The translations under genes and the position numbers were made by a program. Shown piece by piece: positions 8,963 through 18,633 of a stretch of 64,000 bases of DNA (within the stretch, counting starts at the first letter, position 1; the number at the start of each line of letters is the position of its first letter). The stretch comes from Permianibacter sp. (GTDB taxonomy: Bacteria; Pseudomonadota; Gammaproteobacteria; Enterobacterales; Permianibacteraceae), in NCBI GenBank assembly GCA_041913605.1, contig JAYSEY010000015.1, positions 20,743 to 84,742 of the forward strand, in the 5' to 3' direction. The notes under the pieces are model-generated. The model was not told where the DNA came from and searched no databases. It saw only the letters and a list, made by a program, of their open reading frames with translations.

Positions 8963-9144
8963 ATGAATGGATTGGGTTGCTGAAGAACCAACCCCTACCC
9001 AGGAGACCTGTGCGCCTCGCGCAAGCTCAGAGCGCGCACGGCAACTGTGACTGGGGGCGGGGGACAGGGTTCCGTGGTTCACGTAAATATTTCCGTGCCG
9101 AGCCTTATCGCCTCGCCGCTGGCGGGTGTTCCGGCCCGGAACAG

Positions 9145-9172
9145 CACAAGGCCCGCATCAGCGGGCCTTGTG
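9145..9172. terminator. Hairpin after the RND gene stop
   Basis: CACAAGGCCCGC-atca-GCGGGCCTTGTG; no strong U-tract. Confidence 0.6.
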
Positions 9173-9188
9173 TCGGGAGTGGACAGGC

Positions 9189-12100
9189 TCAGTGGCGTTC
9201 GACCGCCACCGCCGGTGTCCGGCCGCCGCCGGTCAGCTTGAGCACCAGCCATTTCAGCGCCCGGTAAATCGAGCGGATGAACACCAGTGTCAGCAGCGCC
9301 TCGACCAGCGTGAGCAGGAAACCGGTGGCCGGATTCCAGCGCTCGGCGCGGTGATGGAACTTGGCGAGGGCGCGGTCGCGGGCAATCTCGATGCTGTCAT
9401 AGAAGGTCGGCACGACCAGCAGTGTCAGCAGTGTCGAGGTGATGGTGCCGCCGATGATGGCAATCGCCAGCGGCTGGTAAAACTCGCCGCCCTCGCCGGC
9501 GCCGATCGCCACCGGCAACATGCCGGCGATCAGCGCAAATGTGGTCATCAGGATCGGCCGCAGACGCATGCGCCCGGCATACATCAGTGCCTCTTCGCGA
9601 TCAAAACCCTCGGCCTCGCGTTTGCGCGCGCAGTCGAGCAACAGGATGGCGTTTTTCGCCACCAGTCCCATCAGCATGATGACCCCGATCAGGCTCATCA
9701 GGTTGATGGTGCTCTTGGCGATCAGCAACGCAACGACCACACCGATCAGTGACAACGGCAGCGACAGCATGATCGAGATCGGCGCGAAGAAGGAACCGAA
9801 CTGGATGACCAGGATCAGGTACATCAGACCGATGCCCATCACCAGCGCGATCAGCATGCGCGAGAACACTTCCTGCTGATCGCGTCCGGACCCGCCGAGC
9901 TCGATGCCGTAACCGCTCGGGAAATTGATCTGGCGCGCCAGCTTCATCGCATCCTGGATCACTTCACCCTGCGAACGGCCCTGCACGTTCGCCGACACGG
10001 CGACCATGCGCTTGCCATCCATGTGCTGGATCTGCGCCGGGCCGCGGCCCATGGTGATTTTCGCGATCTGCTCCAGCGGCACCACGGCGTTGCTGCCGGC
10101 CGGAACAATCGGCAGACGCTCCAGATCTTCGGCGCTGATGCGATCATCCGGATGCAGGCGGATGGACACATCGCGCGTTTCACCGGTCGGGTCCACCCAG
10201 TCACCGACCTCAACGCCGGCAAAGGCGACGCGCAGCGCTTGTGCCGCATCGTTGACCGAAATGCCGAGACTGTTGGCCAGACCGCGATCCAGTTCAATCT
10301 GCAATTCCGGTTTCGGATCCTGCTGCGACAAACCGACATCGACCGCACCCGGCACTTGCCGCAGTTGATCCATGTAAGCGTTGGTGATCTCCATCAGATG
10401 CCGCGAATCGGGTCCGTAAAACTGGATCTGCACCGGCTTGCGCGTGCCGTTGTTGATGTCTTCCAGCACGGTGTATTCGGCGCCGACCAGGCGGGAAATT
10501 TTCTCGCGCAGTTTCTGGGCAAATTCGCCGGCGCTGAGCTCGCGATCCTGCTTCTTGCCGATGTCGATATAGACGCGGCCGCTGCCCACACTGATGGTGC
10601 TGTTGGTCGCCTTGGTTTCCGGGAACTCGCGCGCCAGTTCAGCGGCTTGTTCGGTTTTCAGGCGCGCGTATTCCAGACTGGTGCCGGCCGGGGTGCGAAT
10701 GTCCACGGCGATGAAACCGAAGTCCGACGTCGGCAGGAAACTGGTCCCGCCAAACTTGCCCTGCAGCACCACGGCAGCCACCAGACTCATCACTGCGATC
10801 AGTGTCATCGCCTTGCGATGGCCAAGCGCCCACTGGATCACGCGGCTGTAACGCGTTGCTTGATGATCAAACCAGTGATTGAATTTTTCCAGCACGCGGC
10901 TGATGCCTTTCTTCGGCATCTCGTGGTAACCCACCGGGTCGCCCCAGTAGGCCGACAACATCGGGTCAAGCGTGAAGGAAATGAACAGACTGACCATCAC
11001 CGACGAGGCGACGGTCAGCGCGAACGGCCGGAACCATTCGCCGGCGACACCGTCCATGAACGCCACCGGAATGAACACGGAAATGATCGAGAACGTGGTG
11101 GCGGCAACGGCCAGACCAATCTCGGCGGTGCCCTTGCGTGCGGCGGTCATGCGATCCGCGCCGTGCTCCATGTGCTTGACGATGTTTTCCCGCACCACGA
11201 TGGCATCGTCGATCAGCACACCGATGGCCAGAGACAGGCCAAGCAGGGTCATGAAGTTGAGCGTGAAACCGCAGGCCCACACGGCAATGAATGCGGTCAG
11301 CACCGAGGTCGGCAGCGCCAGCGAGGTGATCAGTGTTGAGCGCCAGGAATTCAGGAAGGCATAGACGACCAGAATGGTCAGGCCGGCGCCGAGCACCAGC
11401 GCTTCGATGACGTTGTTGAGACTGTTCTGTGCGTCCTCGCCGCCGTCCTGGGTGACTTCCAGCGTGGTGCCGCTGGGCAGCGTCTTGCCGAGCTCCTCAA
11501 CTTTCTTGCGGATCTCGTTGGCCACCGAAACGGTACTGGCATCGCGGCTGCGCACCACATGAATGCCGACATTCGGTTTGCCGTTGCGCAAACTGAAGCC
11601 GCCGATTTCGGCAAAGCTGTCTTCAATGCTGGCGACCTGCGACAGGTAAATCACTTCATTGCCGCGGCGCTTGACGACGATCTGGTTGAACTCATCCGGC
11701 GATTCAATGCGACCGACCAGACGGATGCCCTGTTCTTCCATCGGTCCCTTGATCTTGCCGACCGGTGCGGTCATGTTCTGTGAGCGCACCGCATTCAATA
11801 CTTCCGACACCGACACGTTGTATTCGCGCAGTTTGCCACTGTGCAGCAGCACGGTCAGTTCGCGTTGCAGCGCGCCGCGCACGTTGACCACGGCGACGCC
11901 ATCGATGGCGCGGAATTCATCGGCCAGTTCGTCTTCGGCCATGCGCGACAGCTCGGCATGCGACAGCACGCTGGAGGACAGCGCCATCTGCATGATCGGC
12001 TGCTGGCTCATGTCGAAGCGGCGCAGGATCGGCTCGCGCATTTCCGTCGGCAGTTTGTAGCGCACCGAGGCAATGGCGTTGCGAACTTCATCACCGGCTT

Positions 12101-12407
12101 CGATCAGATCCTTGCCGAAGTTGAAAATGATGGTGATGTTGGCGCTGCCTTCATTGGCGCTGGATTGCACCTGGTAAACGCCGGTGATGCTCTGCATGGC
12201 TTTTTCGACGCGATTGATGATCTCGCGTTCGACGGTTTCCGGTGACGCGCCCGGATACGGGATCGACACCGACAGCACCGGTTGTTCAACGTCAGGATTC
12301 TGGTTGATGCGCAGTTTGGACAGCGCCATCCAGCCGAGAAACATCAGCGCAACGATCACCACAACCGTGGCAACCGGGCGCTTGATACTGAATTCGGACA
12401 GAAACAT
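9189..12407 (-). CDS. RND efflux transporter permease (AcrB/AcrD/AcrF family)
   Basis: 1072 aa; GVLIDDAIVVRENI, KNAILLLD, RLRPILMTT. Confidence 0.96.
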   Translation of the reverse strand: MFLSEFSIKRPVATVVVIVALMFLGWMALSKLRINQNPDVEQPVLSVSIPYPGASPETVEREIINRVEKAMQSITGVYQVQSSANEGSANITIIFNFGKDLIEAGDEVRNAIASVRYKLPTEMREPILRRFDMSQQPIMQMALSSSVLSHAELSRMAEDELADEFRAIDGVAVVNVRGALQRELTVLLHSGKLREYNVSVSEVLNAVRSQNMTAPVGKIKGPMEEQGIRLVGRIESPDEFNQIVVKRRGNEVIYLSQVASIEDSFAEIGGFSLRNGKPNVGIHVVRSRDASTVSVANEIRKKVEELGKTLPSGTTLEVTQDGGEDAQNSLNNVIEALVLGAGLTILVVYAFLNSWRSTLITSLALPTSVLTAFIAVWACGFTLNFMTLLGLSLAIGVLIDDAIVVRENIVKHMEHGADRMTAARKGTAEIGLAVAATTFSIISVFIPVAFMDGVAGEWFRPFALTVASSVMVSLFISFTLDPMLSAYWGDPVGYHEMPKKGISRVLEKFNHWFDHQATRYSRVIQWALGHRKAMTLIAVMSLVAAVVLQGKFGGTSFLPTSDFGFIAVDIRTPAGTSLEYARLKTEQAAELAREFPETKATNSTISVGSGRVYIDIGKKQDRELSAGEFAQKLREKISRLVGAEYTVLEDINNGTRKPVQIQFYGPDSRHLMEITNAYMDQLRQVPGAVDVGLSQQDPKPELQIELDRGLANSLGISVNDAAQALRVAFAGVEVGDWVDPTGETRDVSIRLHPDDRISAEDLERLPIVPAGSNAVVPLEQIAKITMGRGPAQIQHMDGKRMVAVSANVQGRSQGEVIQDAMKLARQINFPSGYGIELGGSGRDQQEVFSRMLIALVMGIGLMYLILVIQFGSFFAPISIMLSLPLSLIGVVVALLIAKSTINLMSLIGVIMLMGLVAKNAILLLDCARKREAEGFDREEALMYAGRMRLRPILMTTFALIAGMLPVAIGAGEGGEFYQPLAIAIIGGTITSTLLTLLVVPTFYDSIEIARDRALAKFHHRAERWNPATGFLLTLVEALLTLVFIRSIYRALKWLVLKLTGGGRTPAVAVERH

Positions 12408-12410
12408 GGA

Positions 12411-13535
12411 TCAGTTCCCCACGGTGGCGACAGCCGGCACTGACATCTGCACTTGCGCGCCGTCTTTCAGTGCACCCTGCGGATGGCGCAGGACCTGTTC
12501 ACCGTCGGCGATACCACTGCGCACGGCGTAATCGCCGCGACGCACATCGCGCGGTCCGAGTTCGATGGCGACTTTCTGCAGCAGGTTGTCTTTCACGCGC
12601 CAGACGAAGGCCTTGTCGCCTTCGCGGACGACGGCGCTTTCCGGCACCATCAGCGTGTCGCTGCTGCGCGTCTGGACACGGCCTTCGGCATACAAACCGG
12701 AGACAGTCGGCGCCGAACCGCTGTCGAGCGCGACCAGCACTTCAACCTGGCGGGTGGCGGCGTTGGCAGTCGGATTGACGCGCTGGATCTTGCCGTTGAA
12801 TTCCTGGTTGTCGTAACCGTTGACGCGGAAGCTGACCGGCTGGCCGCTCTTGACGCTGGCGATCTGATCGGCGGCGACAAACCCTTCGAAACGCATGCTG
12901 CGCGGGTCGATGACTTTCAGCAGTTCCTTGCCGACCTGTGCGGTGTCACCGGCCGAAACTTTGCGCTCGCTGACCACGCCATCAAACGGTGCTTTCACTG
13001 CGGTGCGTTCCATTTGCTGACGTGCCTGCACCACGCGGGTACGGGCGGCGGCGAGATCGCTCTGGGCGTTGTTGCGGCGGATTTCGGCCTCTTCCAGCGC
13101 CTGCGCCGACACGGCACCTGATCCCGACAGCGCTTTCAGACGCTGGAACTGACGCTCGGCCTGATCAAAGGCCTGTTCGGCGGCGCGCGCCGCTTCGCTT
13201 GCCGAGGCGAGGCTTTCGCGGATGGCGGTTTCGTCGAGTTTGACCAGCACATCGCCCTTGCTGACTTTGTCGCCGTTGTCTTTCAGCACCTGGACGACCA
13301 CGGCCGAGACTTCGGCGCGCAAGTCGGCGCGACGTTCCGGTTGCAGCGAGCCGGTGATCACCGGACCGGAGGCCAGCGCGTCACTGCGCACGGCCATCAG
13401 ATCTTCCTGGGTGATCAGCAGCGGTTGTTGAGCCGTCGCGGCGGCGGTGGCACCGGCGTCCGGGCCCGGACCACCTTGGCCACAGGCGGCCAGTGTGGTG
13501 GCCAGCGCGAGCGAGATCAGGGTAAGGCGCAGCAT
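12411..13535 (-). CDS. RND periplasmic adaptor (MFP) lipoprotein
   Basis: Lipobox LAAC, lipoyl-like VKAPFDGVV, coiled-coil hairpin; directly upstream of the RND gene. Confidence 0.95.
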   Translation of the reverse strand: MLRLTLISLALATTLAACGQGGPGPDAGATAAATAQQPLLITQEDLMAVRSDALASGPVITGSLQPERRADLRAEVSAVVVQVLKDNGDKVSKGDVLVKLDETAIRESLASASEAARAAEQAFDQAERQFQRLKALSGSGAVSAQALEEAEIRRNNAQSDLAAARTRVVQARQQMERTAVKAPFDGVVSERKVSAGDTAQVGKELLKVIDPRSMRFEGFVAADQIASVKSGQPVSFRVNGYDNQEFNGKIQRVNPTANAATRQVEVLVALDSGSAPTVSGLYAEGRVQTRSSDTLMVPESAVVREGDKAFVWRVKDNLLQKVAIELGPRDVRRGDYAVRSGIADGEQVLRHPQGALKDGAQVQMSVPAVATVGN

Positions 13536-13851
13536 GTTGTTATTCCCCGGGGCATGAAAAGAAACTGGTGACAGGCTGGCATTGTCGATGGCGGCACGTT
13601 GCCACTTGTGCGGGAATCGTTTCCGAGTGTTACCGGTCGGCCACGGACGCGGGCCGGCGACCGGCTTGTACGGCCGGGCGGAGTGGTCGGATGCATGCCG
13701 TGCTCTCCTCGCTGCCGGGGCGAAAAAGCCCCGCCGCGCGGGCGTCGTTGCCGCCCTACGCCCTGCAGGGGCTTTTCGCTATACTTGCCGCCCTTTTACG
13801 GCGAGCCCCGGCGGGGCCGCGTTTGCTGATGATTCGAGACGAGGTTTGACC

Positions 13852-14301
13852 ATGTCGTTGCTGCGCCACGCGCTGATCGCGCTGACAGTTGCTGCCCTCA
13901 CCGCCGGTCTGGCTGTCCAGGCCTCGGGCGATGCCAAGACCAAGAGCTGGCGCTCGCCGGAAGCGGTCAAGGAACGTACGGCGCCGGTCGGCAAAGTGTA
14001 TGTAGAAGGTGACGATATTCCCAATCCGGCACCGGCCGTCGCGGCAGTGGCCTCGGGCCCGCGCAGTGGCGAACAGGTGTACAACGGCGCCTGCTCGGCC
14101 TGCCACGGCGCCGGCGTCGCCGGTGCGCCCAAGCTGGGCGACAAGGCGGCTTGGGCGCCGCGCATCAAGACCGGCGAAGCGGCGCTGATGAACAGCCTGA
14201 TGAACGGCAAGAACGCCATGCCGGCCAAGGGCATGTGCATGGACTGCTCGGACGACGAGTTCAAGGCCGTGCTCGCCTATATGGTCGATCAGGGCAAATA
14301 A
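13852..14301 (+). CDS. Cytochrome c5 family protein
   Basis: CSACH heme motif, GAPKLGDKAAWAPRI, MPAKGMCMDC; GAGG RBS. Confidence 0.93.
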   Translation: MSLLRHALIALTVAALTAGLAVQASGDAKTKSWRSPEAVKERTAPVGKVYVEGDDIPNPAPAVAAVASGPRSGEQVYNGACSACHGAGVAGAPKLGDKAAWAPRIKTGEAALMNSLMNGKNAMPAKGMCMDCSDDEFKAVLAYMVDQGK

Positions 14302-14342
14302 TCCGTATCCTGCCGGTCGCCGTTTGCGCGACCGGAGCGGAC

Positions 14343-14369
14343 AAAAAGGGCTGCCCGGCAGCCCTTTTT
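14343..14369 (+). terminator. Intrinsic terminator
   Basis: AAAAAGGGCTGCC-c-GGCAGCCCTTTTT. Confidence 0.8.
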
Positions 14370-14414
14370 GCTGGCCGCGATTCGCCGCCTCCCCCAACGA
14401 TCCCGAGGGCAACG

Positions 14415-14765
14415 ATGAAACCCGTCCCGCGACTTTTATCGAGCGTTTTGCCGAGGCTCTCGCCAGCCCTGCTGCTGGCCGGCCTGCTCGCCGGCTGCGG
14501 CCACGAGCCGCGCCCGGACACCGTGATGAGCGGCGAGCAGGTGTACCAGAAGTACTGCGTCGCCTGTCACGGCCGCGGCCTGAACGGCGCGCCGGTGTAT
14601 GGCGACCGGGAGGCCTGGGCGCCCAAGCTGGCCGAGGGCGAAGAACATCTCTGGCAGGTGGTGCTGAACGGCGAACAGGCGATGCCGCCGCGCGGCCTGT
14701 GCCAGCAATGCAGCGACGCCGAACTGCGCGCCGCCTTTGACTACATGCTGGCGCCGGTGCGCTGA
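14415..14765 (+). CDS. Second cytochrome c5-like protein, predicted lipoprotein
   Basis: Lipobox LLAGC, CVACH heme motif, MPPRGLCQQC. Confidence 0.88.
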   Translation: MKPVPRLLSSVLPRLSPALLLAGLLAGCGHEPRPDTVMSGEQVYQKYCVACHGRGLNGAPVYGDREAWAPKLAEGEEHLWQVVLNGEQAMPPRGLCQQCSDAELRAAFDYMLAPVR

Positions 14766-14786
14766 TCCGTCGCCCGGCTGACCCGG

Positions 14787-14816
14787 ATGCCCGACCCGCG
14801 TGTCGGGCATTTTTTT
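14787..14816 (+). terminator. Intrinsic terminator
   Basis: ATGCCCGAC-ccgcgt-GTCGGGCAT-TTTTTT. Confidence 0.85.
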
Positions 14817-14906
14817 GCGTACCCGAAACGGTCTGTGCGCGGTTAGGCTTGGCGACCTGCGCGCGGACCGGTCCGGTCCGCAGATAAAGAGAAGGGGACA
14901 GACGCA

Positions 14907-17900
14907 ATGCATCCATGGCGCTTCGGCCTGCTGGCCTGTGCGATCAATGCGGTCGTGGCGACCGCTGCGGCCGGTGAAGAGGAAAAGAAAAAATGGGACG
15001 TCAACAATCCGCCCGGTGACGCGGCGACCGTGACGCTCGATACCCGCACCGGCACCTGGATGAGTGTCGATGTCAGTCCCGACGGCAAACAGATCGTGTT
15101 CGATCTGCTCGGTGACCTGTACCTGCTGCCGATCGAAGGCGGCAGCGCCAAGGCCCTGACCCATTCCATGGCCTGGGAGATGCAGGCGCGCTTCTCGCCG
15201 GACGGCAAACAACTGACCTTCATGTCCGATGCTGCCGGCGGTGACAATGTCTGGGTGATGGACGTTGACGGCCAGAATGCCCGCGAAGTCAGCAAGGAAA
15301 ATTTCCGCCTGCTGAACAATCCGGTCTGGCATCCGAACGGCCAGTACATTGCTGCGCGCAAACATTACAGCGGCACGCGCTCGCTCGGTTCCGGCGAGAT
15401 CTGGCTGTATCACGTCAGCGGCGGCAGCGGCGTGCAACTGAACGAAAAACCGAACTGGCAAAAAGATCTGGGCGAACCGGCGTTTTCACCGGATGGCCGT
15501 TACCTGTATTTCTCGCAGGACACCACGCCCGGTCGCGCGTTCGAATACAACAAGAATTCCAACGATCAGATTTACCAGATTTTCCGCATGGATCTGCATG
15601 ACGGAAAAACCGAATCGCTGGTCAGCGGCCCCGGCGGTGCGGTGCGTCCGGTGCCGTCACCGGATGGCAAGCATCTGGCGTTCGTGCGCCGGGTGCGCAA
15701 CCAGAGCACGCTGTTCCTGAAAGATTTGCAGACCGGTGTCGAAACGCCGGTCTGGGGTGAACTGGAACGCGACATGCAGGAAGCCTGGGCGATCCACGGC
15801 GTGTATCCAGCGTTCGACTGGATGCCGGACAGCAAGGAAATTGTTGTCTGGGCAAAAGGCAGGATCTGGCGCGTCAATCCGTTTGCAAAGAATGGCGCGG
15901 AAAAAGCCCGCGAGATCGCGTTCCACGTCAAGGACACGCGCGATGTGCGCAAGGCACTGCGTTTTGCCACGCCGGTGGCACCGGAGCAGTTCGACGTCAA
16001 ACAACTGCGCTGGGTAAATGTGTCGCCGCAGGGTGACAAAGTGGTGTATTCGGCACTCGGTCATCTTTATGTTCGCGAGCTGCCCAACGGTACGCCGAAA
16101 CGGCTGACCAAACAGAACGAGCATTTCGAGTTCTATCCAAAATTCTCCCGTGATGGCAAACAGATTGTTTACAGCACCTGGCATGATCAGAAACTCGGCA
16201 GCGTGCGCGTGCTCGATCTGCGCAGCGGCAAGGACACGCTGATCACGAAAACGCCGGGCAAATATCTGGATGCGACGCTGACGCCGGATGGCAAGCAGGT
16301 GGTGTTCAGCAAATCACGCGGCGGTTACCTGACCACGCCCTGGCACGGACTGGAAACCGGCCTGTTTGTCGCCAGCGCTGATGGCAAGGGCACGCCGCGC
16401 AAACTCACCGAGGATGGTGAAGCGGCGCAATTCGGTCGCGACAGCGATTACGTCTATGTGTCGCGGCGCAATTCCAGCGGTGAAGTGGACTGGTCACAGC
16501 AACTGGTGCGCCTGAAGCTGGATGGCAGCGAGCCGGAGTCAGTGGTGGCAAAAAGCGATTTCGCCAGTGAATTCGCCGTGTCGCCGGACGGCAAATGGCT
16601 GGCCTTTGCCGAGCGTTTCCATGTCTATGTCACGCCGTTCCCGGCCACCGGCAAAACGCTGTCCATCGGTCCGAAAATGGACAATCTGCCGGTCAAGCAA
16701 CTGGACGTGAACGCCGGTGAATATCTGCACTGGGCCGGCGACAGCCAGACGCTGCATTTCGCCCTCGGCGATGAATTGTTCAGCCGCGAACTGAAACATG
16801 CCTTCCCGTTTGTGCCCGGCGCGCCGAGTGAATTGCCCAAGCCGGCCGAGAATGGCATCAAGATCGGTTTCACGCAGCAAGCGGCCAAGCCGTCGGCGAC
16901 GACGGTGATCTCCGGTGCGCGCATTGTCACCATGAACGGTGACGAAGTGATCGACGATGGCCGCATCGTCGTTGAAGGCAATCGCATCAAAGCCATCGGC
17001 AAGCGCAGTGATGTTGCCGTGCCGAATGGCGCCACGCAGATCGATGCCAGTGGCAAGACCATCATTCCCGGTCTCGTGGATGTGCACTGGCACGGCGGCA
17101 TGGGCGAAGACGAAATCATTCCGCAGCAAAGCTGGGTCAATCACGCCTCGCTGGCCTTTGGCGTGACGACGATTCACGATCCGTCCAACGACACGTCGGA
17201 AATTTTCACCCAGAGTGAAATGCAGCGTGCCGGGCACATTGTCGGTCCGCGGGTATTTTCCACCGGCACCATCCTGTACGGCGCGAAGGCCAATTTCTCG
17301 GCGGTGGTAAACAATCTCGACGATGCGCTGACGCACCTGAAACGCATGAAGGCGGCCGGCGCGATCAGCGTCAAGAGTTACAACCAGCCGCGTCGCGATC
17401 AGCGTCAGCAAATTCTCGAAGCGGCGCGCCAGACGCAGATGATGGTGGTGCCGGAAGGCGGCTCGTTGTTCCAGCACAACATGACCATGGTGGTGGACGG
17501 TCACACCGGCGTTGAACACGCCATTCCGGTGGCCAATGCCTACGATGATGTGAAGCAGCTGTGGTCGCAAACCCAGGTCGGTTATACGCCGACCCTGGGT
17601 GTGGGTTACGGCGGTCTGGATGGCGAACATTACTGGTATGCGCGCACCGATGTCTGGCGTCATCCGCTGCTGTCGCGTCATGTGCCGCGCAGTGTGCTGG
17701 AGCCGCGCGCGGTGCGCCGCGAAACCGCGCCGGAAGAAGATTTCAACGTCTTCAATATCGCCCGCACCGCGACCGAACTGCAGCGCGCCGGTGTGCCGGT
17801 CAATCTCGGTGCCCACGGACAGCGTGAAGGTCTGGCCGCGCACTGGGAAATGTGGACGCTGGCGCGCGGTGGCATGACGCCGCTGGAAGCGATCCGCAGT

Positions 17901-18191
17901 GCGACGCTGAACGGCGCGCGTTATCTCGGCATGGATCAGGACATCGGTTCGCTGCAGGCAGGCAAGCTCGCCGATCTGGTGATCATCAACGGTGATGTGC
18001 TGGCCGACATCCAGCAGTCGGATCGCATTACCCAGGTGATGGTCAACGGTCGCCTGTATGACGCCGGCACGCTGAACGAGATCGGCGCAACGCCGAAAAC
18101 ACGTGCGCCGTATTTCTTTGAAGCCGGTGACGGCGCGGTGGTGCCGGTGACCACGCGCAGCCACGGCGAGGGCCACGGCCACCGTCATTGA
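14907..18191 (+). CDS. Secreted PD40/TolB-like beta-propeller + amidohydrolase fusion
   Basis: Signal peptide, repeated SPDGK/FSPDG motifs, IIPGLVDVHWH metal motif, GSLQAGKLADLVI, His-rich tail. Confidence 0.9.
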   Translation: MHPWRFGLLACAINAVVATAAAGEEEKKKWDVNNPPGDAATVTLDTRTGTWMSVDVSPDGKQIVFDLLGDLYLLPIEGGSAKALTHSMAWEMQARFSPDGKQLTFMSDAAGGDNVWVMDVDGQNAREVSKENFRLLNNPVWHPNGQYIAARKHYSGTRSLGSGEIWLYHVSGGSGVQLNEKPNWQKDLGEPAFSPDGRYLYFSQDTTPGRAFEYNKNSNDQIYQIFRMDLHDGKTESLVSGPGGAVRPVPSPDGKHLAFVRRVRNQSTLFLKDLQTGVETPVWGELERDMQEAWAIHGVYPAFDWMPDSKEIVVWAKGRIWRVNPFAKNGAEKAREIAFHVKDTRDVRKALRFATPVAPEQFDVKQLRWVNVSPQGDKVVYSALGHLYVRELPNGTPKRLTKQNEHFEFYPKFSRDGKQIVYSTWHDQKLGSVRVLDLRSGKDTLITKTPGKYLDATLTPDGKQVVFSKSRGGYLTTPWHGLETGLFVASADGKGTPRKLTEDGEAAQFGRDSDYVYVSRRNSSGEVDWSQQLVRLKLDGSEPESVVAKSDFASEFAVSPDGKWLAFAERFHVYVTPFPATGKTLSIGPKMDNLPVKQLDVNAGEYLHWAGDSQTLHFALGDELFSRELKHAFPFVPGAPSELPKPAENGIKIGFTQQAAKPSATTVISGARIVTMNGDEVIDDGRIVVEGNRIKAIGKRSDVAVPNGATQIDASGKTIIPGLVDVHWHGGMGEDEIIPQQSWVNHASLAFGVTTIHDPSNDTSEIFTQSEMQRAGHIVGPRVFSTGTILYGAKANFSAVVNNLDDALTHLKRMKAAGAISVKSYNQPRRDQRQQILEAARQTQMMVVPEGGSLFQHNMTMVVDGHTGVEHAIPVANAYDDVKQLWSQTQVGYTPTLGVGYGGLDGEHYWYARTDVWRHPLLSRHVPRSVLEPRAVRRETAPEEDFNVFNIARTATELQRAGVPVNLGAHGQREGLAAHWEMWTLARGGMTPLEAIRSATLNGARYLGMDQDIGSLQAGKLADLVIINGDVLADIQQSDRITQVMVNGRLYDAGTLNEIGATPKTRAPYFFEAGDGAVVPVTTRSHGEGHGHRH

Positions 18192-18633
18192 GACGGAAGC
18201 GGAGGCCCTCGCCTGTGGGCAGCGAAACGTGAAAGCGCCAATGCCCGCCTGACCTGCGCACGCCGTTCGCACTGAGCCCGTTCAGCGGGTCAGCGAACTG
18301 CGTGCGGGCCGGTGAGCCCTTTGTGGCGCGCTGGCGTGACCCTCGTTCCTGAGCCTGACCAGGGGATTGGGGCGAACCGGGCTTCCGCCGTTTCATCCTT
18401 GCAGCCGGCCTCATGGGGCCGGCTTTTCATTTTTGGCGCGTTCACCACGACCAGCCCGGGCGTAAATCCCCCGTTTACCGGGGCTGGAGGGGGCAGCGCC
18501 TACCGAATTTTGTCCAAGACAACTATTCTGGGCTGGATATTGTTCCGGTATTTCTTGATTTGCCGGAATATTGGTCGAATAATATGCGGGTTAGTAAAAC
18601 CTTCACCGGACAATCTTCCTCGGGAGCACCGCC

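Noticed and set aside
7887-8983. Many overlapping ORFs with repeated peptides (e.g. 7989-8687, 8228-8983)
   Set aside because: Products of translating the tandem repeat and tRNA in all frames.
9000-9012. 13-mer CAGGAGACCTGTG shared with the RBS/start at 25343-25355 (possible sRNA-target pair)
   Set aside because: Exact 13-mer matches are expected repeatedly by chance in 64 kb of GC-rich DNA, and both partners are hypothetical.
8673-9188. Prophage or genomic island at tRNA-Arg
   Set aside because: No integrase or phage genes, and no distant attR copy of the tRNA 3' end in the window.
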